Of a DNA stretch of 64,000 bases, positions 1-13,605 are shown one piece after another. The stretch is from Tubulanus polymorphus (lineage: Eukaryota; Animalia; Nemertea). A model generated the notes under the pieces. The model did no database searches. It worked only from the letters and a program-made list of their open reading frames with translations, and was not told where the DNA came from. Position numbers and translations under genes: made by a program. Position 1 is the stretch's first letter, and each line of letters opens with the position of its first letter. The DNA lies in the NCBI RefSeq assembly GCF_964204645.1, contig NC_134029.1, forward strand, positions 8,830,850 through 8,894,849. The letters run 5' to 3'.

Positions 1-308
1 CGACTTGATCGATCGAGCGATCTATACGTCGATAAATCGATTCAGTTTTAAGAGTCGGCTATTAATTCGCTTGGACTCTCGAGATAACGGCATAAAGCGG
101 CCAATCCAATTAAACGCATCGGGAAACGATATCAAACGCTCCCGGACTCAAAGCATTAACATACATACACATGAACATGCAATAATTGATAGAAAATATG
201 CGCAAGTATTCGGGAATTTGAAGAGCACGCCGCAACAAGGAATCGTTAGTTCATACGAGTCCGCTAAAACCACCAAATCGGTTCAGGCTGTTTGGACGGT
301 TGTTCGCA

Positions 309-512
309 CCGGAACCGATATTTCCAATTATGTAGCCTACTTCGATTTAAACAAAAATGTCTGTAAATTCGACCGCCGATCACACAACTATATTTGTACT
401 TCGAACCCCCTGTTTCGCTCCCGGCAGGTGTGGTGGACTTGAAAGGGACACCAAATCAAGCCAAACCATACAAAATCTACCGATCAAATAGGTAACAGCG
501 TCAATCCTTATT
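309..512. repeat. Interspersed repeat shared with 12641-12853
   Basis: ccggaaccga.atttccaat...gaccgccgatcaca...ccccctgtttcg...gcaggtgtgg...aagggacacca...caaaatctac...gtcaatcc.tatt occurs in both places. Confidence 0.75.
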
Positions 513-1140
513 CAAAGATCGAAAATCATCTAATGTTGGTTTCCTATTGACAAACTCCGTCCGTTGGTGATTTATTCTAGACTATTGACATTCGCCTCTC
601 GTTCTTGTGAAATATCAGCCAAAATGAATTATTCTTATCTCGATGTGTTGTTTCTTTTTCCCAAAATGAGAAGGAGGAGTGCCCCTTATAAACACGTGGC
701 TCACATGGTCTAAAACATTTCTTCAACCATTCGTCAACAACACTAGGGGAATGTATCGACCACGGTAGGAAAATCGGCCATCAGAAAAACTGTATCTATT
801 GGCAACTGCGCAAATTCTAAAACCACCTAGGGAAATTTCGCAACATTTTTTTCATATCCTGTATAATTTCAAGAATATAAATGAAAATGGGAATACGCAA
901 AAGAATTTTATCGATTTGTGCATCTTCACGGTACAAACATAATAATTTAAAATTGAAAATGACTAATATTTCGTCGACATAAGTGGTAAAATTACACTAA
1001 TTCAAAAGGCACCGATATCGATTGAGATAATTACTAACGCTAATGATTGCCAATGTCCCCAGTTACTCGAACGAATTCTTCGTCTTCCATAGCAAATTAT
1101 AGTACCAGCTCCTTCGAGTTGAGCTGGGATCGCAACACTG

Positions 1141-1250
1141 CAGGATCCGGTTCCACAGTTGCGAGTTGGAATAAACTCTGACTTAAGATTAGTTCATTTT
1201 CAATGAGTTTGACACCGAGTAAAATCTTAACTCTGTGGAACTGGGTCTAG
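1141..1250. mobile_element. Copy of the GAGTTAACTC palindromic MITE
   Basis: caggatccggttccacagtt...ctgtggaactgggtctag, aligns with 10739-10852. Confidence 0.75.
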
Positions 1251-1330
1251 ATTATATCCTACCCATAACCGTAACTTCTGCTAGGGACTGCTCAAACATT
1301 GAAAACCGTATTTCAATTTCAAAATCTTCT

Positions 1331-1570
1331 CAGCGGATCGAGGAAAATTGAAGGCCGGGGCCCAGAAGAAAACAAAAGGCATTCATCGACTGCTCTAATC
1401 GAGCATGTCAATATAGTCACCAGTTAGGTGCCTTCCTCGATTTTAGATGTTATTAAGAAATGTAGCCAAAAAGATGCAATTTCGTATAGGATGAGCGACA
1501 AATATGCAGGTTTATATTCTCAGTCTTGATGAAAAAGGTAACATTGGAGAGGCACGGCCCACAGACCACC
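1331..1570. repeat. Interspersed repeat shared with 36933-37175
   Basis: aggaaaatt.gaag.ccgggg.ccagaa...aaggcatt.atcg...cctcga.tttagatgt...taggatgag..acaa.t.tgcaggttt occurs in both places. Confidence 0.65.
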
Positions 1571-3785
1571 CTAAACCACCCCCGCAATGTTCAACGAAAT
1601 TCTGCAGCCACCATGTGTTGACCTTATGAACCCTGATGTCGATAAGACGCGCGTTCTAGTGTAAAAAATGTCGCTGCTGCATTTTGATGCCACACGCCAT
1701 CCGCCATGATTTATAACATCATTATCAGTGACATTGGTACATGATCAAAAACCCATAAAACAACCTGTGCAAGCAATCAGCGGGCACCGGTGGTGAAAGC
1801 CTACACGAAATCTGTACGGTTTTTTTCTGTTATCTCTCGAACAACGGATAGAATAAATGATACCACTGTCCGCATAAAAATCTACATCTCTCAACATAGT
1901 CTATTCGAAGTATTCCAAGTCGTGAAATCATCTACGATATCTAAAGCTTGATAGGATAATCATCGTGATTCGAGTATACGTTTTAAATCCAAATAACGTA
2001 TTATCTAACGACTGTAGATACACCGTTGCATGTGCACGATTGAATTAGGCTGTCGAATGCGAATATCTACGTGTTTGGCCAGGCCATTAAGAATTATCTC
2101 TGGTGTAATGCAGACGTATAAGTTTTCCGATGATGTTACCGGACAAACCATTATCGTTAAACGGATTGTATGGGTCTTGCAAAATTGGTAGTCATATTTC
2201 CAGCCTCTGTGATATAGATGTTCAATCTATCTATTATTCTGTATGTTCAACAAGGCTAATTCAAGAAACTACGTATACCTTCTTTTTTCAGCCATTGTTA
2301 GATAAAAACTATTCACGAGACTCGATATTAAAACTTAAATGGCTTTCTTACTTGCGTGTGTGAATGATGAACTCGTATCAGAAATAGACGCTTGATTATA
2401 TACTTTATTACGTACGTACGTGCGTATGTGAGAAAAACAACATGGTTTTTTTTGTACGGATTCGGAGCATTCGTTTGTCCGTTGCCAGTCTTATTTCGTG
2501 ATCGATATTTTCTCTGGCGAGAATTGCCGTAGTTTATAGCTCAACGCAGATAAGGCTGTGGTCCGCGATATCCTCGTTAGGAAATCTAATTTGCAGCAAA
2601 ATAAAGTGCACCGTCGTAACTCAACCCGGGGTCGTCTTTAATGAAAGTGCGTCAGCGATAGCATATTCTTCTATGATCCAATCTCTGACATGTAAATCAG
2701 CCATCGTCGAAAACGCTTTCACGTGATGACGCCATATTGACGGTTATTGAGAGATTTACTTCTTCTTAATTTGTAAACGACCGAGCTATCTTCCGTTGTT
2801 ACGCACGCGATGTATTTGCACGGCTAGTCTTCTGTGCATGGTGCATACGAATGGCGGGCGATAACCACCAAAATATAGATGTGACCAAACTACAAGAGCT
2901 CTGAAATTGGCTTCACCGCAGACGTACAACTGGGGAATAGGCCTAAATATACACTGAACAAAAAAGTCAGGTAACACAAATTTTGTCGAACGGCGCCGTA
3001 TTTTCAGACGGCTCATATCTCAGCTAATGTTTTTGTTTACTGTTAAGCCGAGATATGCTGACCTGAAAAGAGGGTATCGTTTAACAAAATTTGTGTTACC
3101 TAACTTTTTTGTTCAGTGTTGCAGTTGCAATTGCCCGCCCCCCCCAAGAAATCTTGGAAAAATGCCCTTTTTACAAATGTTGTTATATCCTGTATAGAAG
3201 AGCCCTTTTTCGGGTTGCTCGCCCCCCCCCCCCCCCTAAAATTCACATGCTACGGCCCTGTATTGTTTAGTCGCTTGCGAATGCATAATATTCAATGTAA
3301 TCTGGACCTTCTTCGAAGTATGATAATACGATATGCTTATTGATCAAAACACAGTTTCAATTGTTTTGATTTAGTCTCGAACGGATGTCGCCTGCGATTT
3401 CGACTACAACCTTTGGGAATCTGTTTCACTATAACACTACACGAGATCGTCGATGACGTATACGATGTTCGATGTTTAGCGATAAATATTTAAGACGTGA
3501 TCGGGATGATTTTCTATTGATCGAGGAGTAGTAATTATTCGATACAACCAGCGTATAGCGATTGTTGACTTAATCTCCCATCGTAACCTAGAATTTCGAT
3601 TACGGTGTCGGTATACCCGATACCAGTCTTTCTCCCAGGCATCCATGGCGATAATGACAGACGAGGGCGATACAGAATGCAAATTTTTCAGAACCTGAAA
3701 CCTTGTATTAATCTGTACAACTACCCGCCCCGATATGACAGAACATCCACTGTGGTTTTGACTATTTTTAGCATTTCGTTAAGCA

Positions 3786-3929
3786 CATCCTCCCTCGGCA
3801 GGGATTCGAACCTGATGGCATCGCTACACTCAGCCACGACACGAACCCCTGCCACAGTAGACCGGGTGCGCAGCTACATGCGCAGCATAGATGATGTCAT
3901 TATTAGCCAATCAGATATCCCGTTTTATC
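3786..3929. mobile_element. Truncated copy (one TIR) of the Mutator-like MITE
   Basis: catcctccctcggcagggattcgaacctgatggcatcgctacactcagccacg...ctacatgcgcagc...agccaatcagatatcccgttttat. Confidence 0.75.
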
Positions 3930-3994
3930 AGTGCTCTCTCGAATATCTTTCGTCAACTCAACCGATTCATGCGTGCAAACCGCATTCGCTCTCT

Positions 3995-4214
3995 CAGTGG
4001 CAGATCCACAGGGGTTGAATCCTCCTTTCTGACCAAGAACCCCTTCTGACCAAAAATCCACTCGAGGCGCCTTATCCCCTGTTCTGATATTGATGTAATA
4101 TGCATAAAAATGTACCTAATCTTTCAGAATTTTTCCGGGGCACTCCCTGCGACGAAAAAGTGCCCTTTTCATATAACGACCTCCTTCCTTCCATCCTGGT
4201 CTGGATACGCCCTG
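3995..4214. mobile_element. Small MITE with CAGTGGC.GATCCA / TGGAT.CGCCCTG termini
   Basis: Imperfect TIRs, flanked by CTCTCT on both sides (3989-3994, 4215-4220). Confidence 0.55.
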
Positions 4215-4525
4215 CTCTCTACAATGTGCTCCTTAAGTAGAGGACAGGTTTCGTGCGTTGACACGATGATATTTATAGTTTTACACTATATGCTATTACG
4301 CGCACAATTACCTTCAACAATATCTGTAGGATTCAGCAGCACGTAAACGACGTGTCCACGGCAACACTTAGGACCATTTCCGATCGCTGATTGCTAGAGA
4401 TAATTAGCAATTCCTGCCACTGATTGCAACGGAGACCGAGACGTCCTTCTTAAGTGCAATCCAGTAGTCGAGACGAATCAATTCATTTTGTTATAACTAT
4501 ATTTGTACTTGTATAAATATACCTT

Positions 4526-4804
4526 CAGGGGTGGGTCCTAGAGGGGCTAAGCGGCCCGGGCAACCCTATATTTTTACCGAGATAACATAAACATTTTCAC
4601 AAACTGGCTTTAGGAAGTATCTTATACAGTGACAAACTATTAACGGTCATTTTGTTGTTTTAGAACAATTCTAGACGCTCAGAAATTGATCAATTTTCTT
4701 GAGGGAGAACCTCCAAACCCCCTTAAGAGGCTTTGTGGCGCTTATACGTTGTATACAACTAGGTCTCGGATGTTTTGCCCCACCCCCCATTCAAAATTCC
4801 CCTG
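4526..4804. mobile_element. Small MITE with CAGGGG / CCCCTG termini
   Basis: Flanked by the direct repeat ACCTT (4521-4525, 4805-4809). Confidence 0.55.
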
Positions 4805-6635
4805 ACCTTCAATTCCTAATGATATGTCGTTTACAAAATGGAATTAGCTCGCCAATTTGATTATACATTAAAGATAGAAACAACGGGACAATAAGTCAAT
4901 ATTAGAATTTACACGAATCAATTGAATGGCTTATTATTTTTGGATGTGATAAGAAAAACTACACTGATGTAATGCTCCTAATGTTGGGAATTATTGTAAG
5001 TCCCTTACCCAAACGAATCCCCCTTTTATCCCCTCGTTATGAAATTCTCGTCATCTTTGCCGTGATTTGAAAATAAACTGGTTTTTTTACAGGCAATATA
5101 TTATCATCGGCCGGAGTGCAAAACTGATAAGGAAATCTAAGAAAAAACGAATTACAGTTCACGCCGTTGGTACGTACCTTACTCTAAAGGTCCTGCAGGG
5201 GGACGTGTGAGTGGGCGAGTCTGTCATCTCCAATTGGTTCAATTTTCCTCCGAACGGATCCGGCCTCGTTCGTACCGTGCATCACCGTCGTCGTTCATAA
5301 CGCCCGTGGTGTGCATCAGGGAACTCAAAATCAAGGAATACAGATCTTTACGTTACCATGGAGATGGAAAATGTGTCGTCAGCCTGACGCGTCTTCGTCG
5401 AACCGTCGTCTCCGTTCGTGTAGAGACCTGGCCAACGCCACCAACCACCAACACGATCGTATAGTGGCTTTCGATGAAGAACTAACTCTCTCCTGTCTCA
5501 GTTGCGGATGCAGTTTTGTCGTCTGAGAATGATTTATCGGCTCATCGTGCATTCAACAGACGTGTATAGGGACGACCGGGACTCTCCACATCGATTTTAA
5601 TGTCGTATGCCATGTTCATCTATATGTAAACTGCTACATGTGAATTTCTATATTTCTGTCAGGGCAATGGCTTTCCGTGTAAATACGGATGTTGATTAAT
5701 TTTAGCTTCTGGGCGATGCAATCTATTCAGTTGCATCCATGTAGCGTAAAACACTGAGAGAAAAAAGAGACACCAAGCCATTGTGGGACCGTGATGAAAG
5801 GGTTCCTGATGTCTGTCGTAGAACTCTTAATATAAGACTAAAAAATGAAAACTAAAGAAATTCAAAATAAAACGGGTTTTCTGCTTTGTTTAATTTCATT
5901 TTTATTCTTTTAAGGTTGTATGATATATACGTATGATCCATGTTTACAAGTTAATATCATTAACATGTTTACATACGAAAATTCAAATTTGTACCGGAAG
6001 TACTAAAACCTAGCACACAAGACATAAACCCTTGACACAAGAAGCAGATTTTAATGTCTATGTGATAGCGCTAAACACCCGAACGAGAAACGCTAAAACC
6101 AACCTGCAGCGCCGCAAGCGGCGAGGAACGTAGTCGCTATCAGAATGACGTATTTCGTGAAGTCAACATGTTGATTTTGCGACTTTTTCGAAACACTTTA
6201 TTCGTGGTTGCGTGATTGCGTCACTCAGTATAACACAAAACACAGTTTACAGTCGTGTATCAGATGTCTGTTTGCTTGTACCTCAAAGGCTAATTCACAC
6301 GACAGAGGGAACCACAGAACACAGGACACAGAACACAGAAACCAGAACACAGAACCAAACATGTTTGATTTCGGAAACATTGTCTACAGTGAGAGCTCAA
6401 ACGTCGTGTATTTTGATTTCATTTCTTATTTAATGAATAAAATTCGTTTTTAATGTTTTGAACTCTGTATAGAGTTTATTTTTAACTCTGTATAGAGTGT
6501 ATTGTAAACCTACATTTGTACGAAAATGATCTGCGCGTTCAATCGATCCTTAACGGGAAGATGCTTCAAGGCGCGTATAATCATAAGAAACGTTTCAGGA
6601 AGCAGTTGAGAATTTAAAAAAATTTATTTGAGAAT

Positions 6636-6680
6636 TAGAAATATTACGGGTGGTAGCTACCACCACCCTTCTTCAGTCTT
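6636..6680 (-). ncRNA. Degenerate minimal hammerhead ribozyme motif (Penelope type)
   Basis: Minus strand AGA CTGAAGA A GGGTGGT ggtagct ACCACCC GTAA TA TT TCT: 7-bp helix II, ATAT helix III, 3-bp helix I, but GAAA is mutated to GTAA. Confidence 0.5.
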
Positions 6681-8984
6681 AATGCCAAAAATGAAATTTT
6701 TGGTTTTTTAATAGACTTTTTAGATCCACCCATTTATTGCGGGATTTTTACTCAAGTTCATTCTTCGATGAGATCTTTGAAGAAACGACTATAACATCAT
6801 TGATGATCATTTTGAGCTACAACCGTTATCATACGTCTGCCGGCAGATGGCTAGCTCTATTCCAATGGACGCACCGCGAATATAGATTGATATGGCGCAA
6901 ATCTCCGAGTTCTCGAATAGATGGCGCATAGAATAAAACGTTCGACATGTCGCTTCGAGAAACGTGACGCGTCGGATTAACCGAATGAAAACTGATAAAT
7001 CTTTCGGAATTGGATGACTGATTCTATGCACTTAGGGTATTGAGCGCGGTGTCAAATAGATTTTCAAGGTCGAAGAAGGCAATACGGAATAAAGTGGATT
7101 GGATTTATGGAATTGTAACCATGCCAAACCGGATGTATTCTGTTTGACTGTGTTGCTTTTGTGTGCGCTGTATGATTGATGGTTATTAACGACATAAAGC
7201 TAATAGGATTTGAAGGCTTTCGGTGAATCCGATCATTGTCCATTTCATCGGCCGTTTACAATAGGAAAATGAGTCTGTCCACGATATGATAATCGCTTCT
7301 AAGCCGTTCGATTCACACTTCAAACATACTCTAACGGCTGTGTAGGCCAAAGAAGTCCAGCGAACATAGCCTTTTCGACGTGGCCGCCGCCATATCTGTT
7401 AAACACAAGTGACGATTAACGTGACCCTCGAAGTTTGTAAATCCCCTGATTATCTTTTGTTGTTATGTACGTACGGCAAATGTTCAAGTACTGATGGCGT
7501 CACGTGCGAAACCTCTTAAAGGACTTCACTGGGCGGAAATATTCAGCGTAAGGGAGAAGAACTAGCATTTAGTCAAAGTTTCGGACGCAAAACGTATATT
7601 GATAGCGCAGATCAATCGCGGCTTGATAATATCGCCTGCGGGGCAATCGGAGCAGGAAATCGTTTGGTAAAACGTAGAATTAGGAAAACCAAGACCCAAG
7701 TACACGTTTCATGGAACTTGAAGGGTCGGTAATTGTAACACATTTAAGGTTATATTAAGACAATACTTAAGTAACACACTTCCACGGTTTGACTTTAAGA
7801 GATATAAAACATTGAAAGTAAACTCCATCCGAGTCTAGATCTAGAGAATGATCTAGAGTTTATGCAAAGCTAGGAGTTAGTCGGAAGTTTATACGTGATT
7901 TAAAAGTTTGATTCAGACGTTTTTATTTTGTAGATATATTTTTTCTCTGTACAAAGGTTACCGACAGACGTCGGCGTAGAACGAAAACAAGTGACCCCCG
8001 GAAACTGAATTCGCTCCATTCGAATCTGCTTTAATCGAATTACATCGACGCTGGCTATCGATGTTCTCTCTGCGCAGTTGCGTCGAGACGTAACTTGTAA
8101 TGAGATTATGCCGAATATGTTTGGTGCTAATCAGAAACGTGCTGGGATAAATCGAGTAATTTGTTTATCAGCGCGAAAGCTGTAGCAATAACGACAGTTT
8201 CATAATGAAAGTACGGAAGGTAGAATTTGCGCCGACGTCGTTTTCAATTGGCCCCGAGTGTTTCACGGCGCGGATGTATATAGCATCCCGGCTAATAAAC
8301 ATCGAAAATCTACTTAAGAAGTTCTGAAATTCTCGTGACTGCCACTTCGTCCGTGTATATAATTCGTATGGCACCTCGATATCTAAGTGGTCTCGAACGT
8401 GGTGTGCTTTGTTTCCCCCGCAATGAGAGCTGTATTGAATGCCATTTATATGATCCATTATATCATGATGAGATGCAAACGAAAAATTTACCTGGTTCCA
8501 TGTTGTCGATATTTGCGGTGAGCGTCAGCCACTTATGGCCTAGCTTTTAAACCAACGTCAGGATTTCTTCAAAAGATGAGATGAAGTAAAGCGCAACTTT
8601 ACGTCATAGACGACGCTGTACGAGAACCGACAGGAATTTTCGAAAATCTCGACTTATTTTAGCGACTTTTCAGGGGGTCTGATCTCGTTTTTTTTACGTT
8701 ATGGCAATTTTGAAACGATAAATGTATTTGTAAACGTATCGAAAAAATTGGGGCTAGAAAGAATTTAAAGGCACTCGGAAAATTTCGCACCCCGCAGCCT
8801 GGATCCACACATGCACCAAGTGAAATAAGTTCATCTCACGTGAGTCAAAATCTGGGAGGTTGTAATCCACGGGAAGTAAACAGGGAGAAAGAGAGGAGAA
8901 CCTTTGGTGGAAATTTGACTTAAGTTGAAAGAGTTAAGAGTTTAACATTTAATTTTCAATTTTCTTCAATTAGGTCAACTCCTT

Positions 8985-9054
8985 TTTTTTAATTACACAT
9001 AACAACTGTGGAAATGGATTTTTTTGATTACACGTAACAACTGTGGAAATGGAT
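8985..9054. repeat. Short tandem duplication (~35 bp x2)
   Basis: attacac.taacaactgtggaaatggat is repeated. Confidence 0.85.
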
Positions 9055-9535
9055 ATAAATTCCCCATTCTGACAATTGAAATATTTAGATTAGATTGGAC
9101 TGGCTTGCGTGTCATCAGCTAGACCTTAATGCTTGATTAGCATTCAAGTCCTGTGGCTTGTTTTCAGTAAATCCTACAATTTCCATTCGAGTCGCGATAA
9201 GAGATCAAACGACATCACGTACGCGTGAGTGTTTTCAAGGGACGCAGACACACATTCACTCTTATGAGGACTCTACGTTCGACTGTGGCAATCCAGGATT
9301 CCACTTGTGACAAGCGAGGATTCACCAGGTTCGCTAGTGTGCATTCAGACAACAACTCTCGGATTCTCAGATTCGATTACTAAAGCTATCCATTCTCAAA
9401 TTATTTGAATAGCGATTAGAAAAATTCACCCTATATATGAACCTAAAGATCGTCTGAGGAGTGATTTGCCTAATTTCTGACGAGGGAGGCTAAAAATCTA
9501 CGTAGATAAAAACTACCAAACCAGATTTTGGCAGG

Positions 9536-9565
9536 GATAAGATAAGATAAGATAAGATAAGATAT
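9536..9565. repeat. (GATAA)n microsatellite
   Basis: About six tandem GATAA units. Confidence 0.9.
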
Positions 9566-9662
9566 AACTTTATTCTCCTGACTAAAATTGATAGTATAAG
9601 CAGGGTTGTCGTACAGATACGGCCGCCATCTAGCGGGATAGCTGGTGGCTCGGAGTCCTCAT

Positions 9663-9730
9663 TGAACGCCGACTTCGTTTATTGATTTGAAAAATGGACA
9701 TGAACGCTGACTTCGTTTATTGATTTGAAA
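9663..9730. repeat. Short tandem duplication (~38 bp x2)
   Basis: tgaacgc.gacttcgtttattgatttgaaa is repeated. Confidence 0.85.
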
Positions 9731-10738
9731 GAGAGACACTTCATTACAACCAGTGAGCGAAACTAGGTGCAAACTACTAATCCTTTTTATTGCGTGATTC
9801 GGGCTACATTGCGGATTTCCAGTAGCGTTCGTTATAAATGCGCGCTTTCCATTTAAAATAACTAATCACCGGGAAATGCGTCGATTTCGAACGATATCAC
9901 GTTTCGAAATCGTCAGGGGATGAATTTAGTTCGATTTACCCCTCGCCGAAACAGTTGCGTTGTTTCAGCAGCTGTAATTAAACGCCGAAGCTTGTATGTA
10001 CGTATACGTACAATGCAAACGTTTGAACGTCGCGTCCGTATGCGCTATAACTAACAAACGCCGTAATATCCAACATCGTTGATTGGCTGCGGTATGATCT
10101 CGAACTCTCAAAGGCTGGTACGTGCACGCGCGCGGTCGATATAGTACTTGTCTTCCATTGGTCTCCGGTGAGGTTCGGCTGCAGTAGAAGAAATATTGAA
10201 ACTGAATATTTTCAACACCGGCGTTTTATGTTTTCGCGCCGAAGACAGTCGGAAAAAATGATCGCTTTGCTTTTGGATTTGAATTAACATCGAGTTATTA
10301 TAGCTACTACACAGATCGCCTTGAGGCGTTTCGGGGGCGTTTAAGGTGAAGCCACTCGGGCTTCTCTTAATTTAAAGGATATCTAATAGCCCGGCGACGA
10401 GTATCAGATTTTTTTCAAATCAAAACAAACATTTACGATGTATGTCCGAATAGCATCAGCAGCGGCCGCACCAGAAGCAGACGCAGGCTCGAGACTGTAA
10501 CTCTGAACCAGTTTAATCGTCTGCTCAACTCGGATTTCGGCACGTCGCATTTGTCAACGCGTTTTAAAAATGAAATAGAGGATTAAGAGGATTATCTTGA
10601 TTATGATTCTGAGGTGGATTAGTGACTATTTTATACGAGGAACATGCGTTTGATTTGTACATTATTAGGAATCAGTATTTTATTCACGTTCTCACAAGAA
10701 ACCCCGAGGTAAGAGCATTATAGTATGATCTTAAACAT

Positions 10739-10852
10739 CTGGATCCAGTTCCACAGTTGTGAGTTAGAGTTAACTCTGAGTTAAAATCAGTTAATTTTCA
10801 ATGAGTTAACTCAGAGTTAAATCTTAACTGACAACGGTGGAACTGGGTCCTG
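10739..10852. mobile_element. ~110-bp palindromic MITE family; copies also at 1141-1250, 34842-34955 (reverse) and degenerate 21147-21242
   Basis: Termini GGATCCAGTTCCACAG / GTGGAACTGGGTCC with internal GAGTTAACTC palindromes; at least 4 copies in the window. Confidence 0.8.
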
Positions 10853-13419
10853 ATCTCTTAGGATTGACGATGATTATGTACACATAGTTCACGATGTTTC
10901 AATTGGTCGTTTATTAGTCGACAAAGAAGGTATAATTTTTTGTTAGAAATGTGTATAACTGTAAACTATCAACTTCCTATATCTATCTATACTTTTATAT
11001 CTTGGGTCAAAGGAATTAAGGAAACAATAAAGGAAAAACAAACAAAAATCTAGCCAATTTCTTGTGGGTTTAACCAAAAATCTAAATCCACGGATCCTCG
11101 TGATAACTGTTTTGATATAGGGGAGCGTGGTTACAGAACAGGCGAAATATTCACGAGACGCTCGTGACAAAATCATATTACCGGTTGATGTAATTCGGGA
11201 GGGTGGTCGGAAAGATGACGAAGCATTTATCTTAGTCTAGCTGGCCGATCTTTTACCTCACGATTCTAAATGGTCGTTTATAGATCACGACGCTCACACG
11301 AACGTCGGTCGCAGTATCAACTCACTCGTTTGTTGAACCACACGGACTCGATTTTCAACGATTTTCGTTTTGGATTCCATGGTCGAATTCCTGATGAACA
11401 TGACGTAATCAATCTAACTTTCCTTCGAAATTGTCAGTCTGGTCGGATGCGGCCAATGTTGCGATAGGCCTGCCGGTGTCATTTTTTTGCTCATAAGGTT
11501 GAGAGAGAAGGGAATTGCTACGATGCATTGCTAAGGTTATCCCGATCACGAAAAATTCCCGCAGCAGGATACCGCGATTCGATACGCGTACAAAAATCTA
11601 ATGAAATTCAACAAATTCGACGGTCACGTGGACAGTATTGATTAGCATGTACATCGTATCGGCAATGGCCCCTATAGATCCGCATAATAAAATACTCTAC
11701 GCAATCTTAGTCAATACAAATCCAAAGACGATTCCGGTTACTCGAAGGTATATTGACGGTGTGCAACGCACGCGGGTTAAGGCGAGTTCACCGCGACCAC
11801 AAATGACAGTCATCGTCACCTCGGTGAAAACGGAAAGGAAATCGATACAAGCCGAGTATCAGGTATGATGAGGTGAAGAAATCGTCTGAAATCGTCCGAT
11901 TTTGATCAACTTTTTATTATTCGTAATTAGAAACATTGATCGAGGTGAACGCAAAATTGATTGATTCGCTCGGTTCCGGTATCTTTAGACAAATCTTCAG
12001 GCAGAAGTGGAATCGTATTCGATATAGGCCTAGATCGGAATTGTTCAAGGAAATATTCAGATTTAAGTAACACGGAAAATGAAGAAATGTATAATAGACC
12101 TAAAAATCTAAGAGCTCTTCCAGCACTGAACAAAAAGATCTTCAAATAGACAGCGTCTTATCTCGAGATTATGTAACCCCTTCCATAGTCGATGATGCTG
12201 TTGTTAGTGTTCAAGAATGCGCAAACTATTCGCGTTGCTTTTATATTAAACAGCGCTATTATTTCGGTGTTCACAAGAGGTACGCTTGCAAAATGCTGTC
12301 GCCTGACAACATCGTTCCATAACGCATGCGTCGAATCAGAATCGAATGGATGTTTATCGGACGTAAAAATGGATCGAAAACGATTGACACGTGTTACTTG
12401 AAGAGTATTGATGTTGAATCGAACTCGATATTCTACATCAACGATTTCTACTAAAGCGTTTTCGATCAGCATAGATCAAATAATTTACAGGTCGATTTGC
12501 CTTCGATAACGATTAGTCAAATATACACAGCTAAGAGGGGCTACGCGCAGAATGACAACCCCAAAACAAGCAATTTGTTTTGCGTTCCAATGCTTAAACC
12601 AGCCGCAAAGAAACAAGAAACAGAGTTTTTTTTTAACGAACCGGAACCGAAATTTCCAATCATGTGCTTCGATTCAAACAAAAAATTCGGTAAATTTGAC
12701 CGCCGATCACATAGCTGTACTCTTCGACTTCCGATTTCAAAATTAAACCCCCTGTTTCGGCAGGTGTGGCGAGTCTGCAAGGGACACCAATCAAAAATCA
12801 AAACATATCAAACAAAATCTACGAATTAGATAAATAACAGGGTCAATCCCTATTTTATGATCCCCAAAAAGAAACAAGAAACATACCGAAGCAAAACCAC
12901 TGCGACACTATAGTGATGAGAAACGATGAGAAAAAAAAATAAACGATGAAATAAACGATGAGAAAAGTATTTACTCTGATATCGCACTTTTCCCATCGCT
13001 AGTGGAGCTGGGCGGTTTGTTTCTGCGTTTCTTACTTCGCTGCGTTAGCGGCTATACCGAATCACCGAGAAACGATTGATACAAATCTGTTTCGTGTTTT
13101 GGGGTTTCCTGTTGGGCTGGCTTTATCCGCTTTCATCCCATTCAGGCAATCGGCGAGCGAGGTTTGAAATACACAATGCATTTGATCTGATGCACAGTCG
13201 TTAGATCTATACGTAGGCAGTAAAATAATAACGATGAAAATGTTCACAAATTGATTAGCGCTTCTAATCGAGGGATAAGTGAATCGATCGATTTGCGTGA
13301 TTTACGGTTGCACCGGAAACGTTAACAACTCTAAACGCCGGGGGTTATTTGATTAGACGAATCTGACGCCGGTTATTAACGATGAAAACAGAATGTATTC
13401 TACATTTCCTGAATATATT

Positions 13420-13605
13420 CGCCGACGACTGGTTACGCGTTAGAATGACCCTGGCAGTAAGATGTTCATTTAGCCGGGCGAAATCGTTCGTATGCTGGTG
13501 GCGACTGATGTTTATTCCCGGATCTCTACCCGATAGGGACAAACATCGAATCCCGCTAATAATGCCCTGCGTGGCGCTCAGTTGGTTGAGGGTATTGAAA
13601 CAATT
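13420..13605 (+). mobile_element. Degenerate copy of the 24085 SINE
   Basis: Shares ctggtggcgac...aaacatcgaa...atgccctgcgtggcgct...ggttgagggt with 24085-24280; the boxes are decayed. Confidence 0.6.

Noticed and set aside
5-442. 145-aa ORF, similar to ORF 12497-12829 (KFDRRSH...NPLFR.QVW)
   Set aside because: The similarity comes from a shared non-coding interspersed repeat with indels; TTG start and no recognisable domain.
5093-5169. AG...GT-bounded segment resembling a small exon
   Set aside because: No coding homology and no evidence linking it to a transcript.
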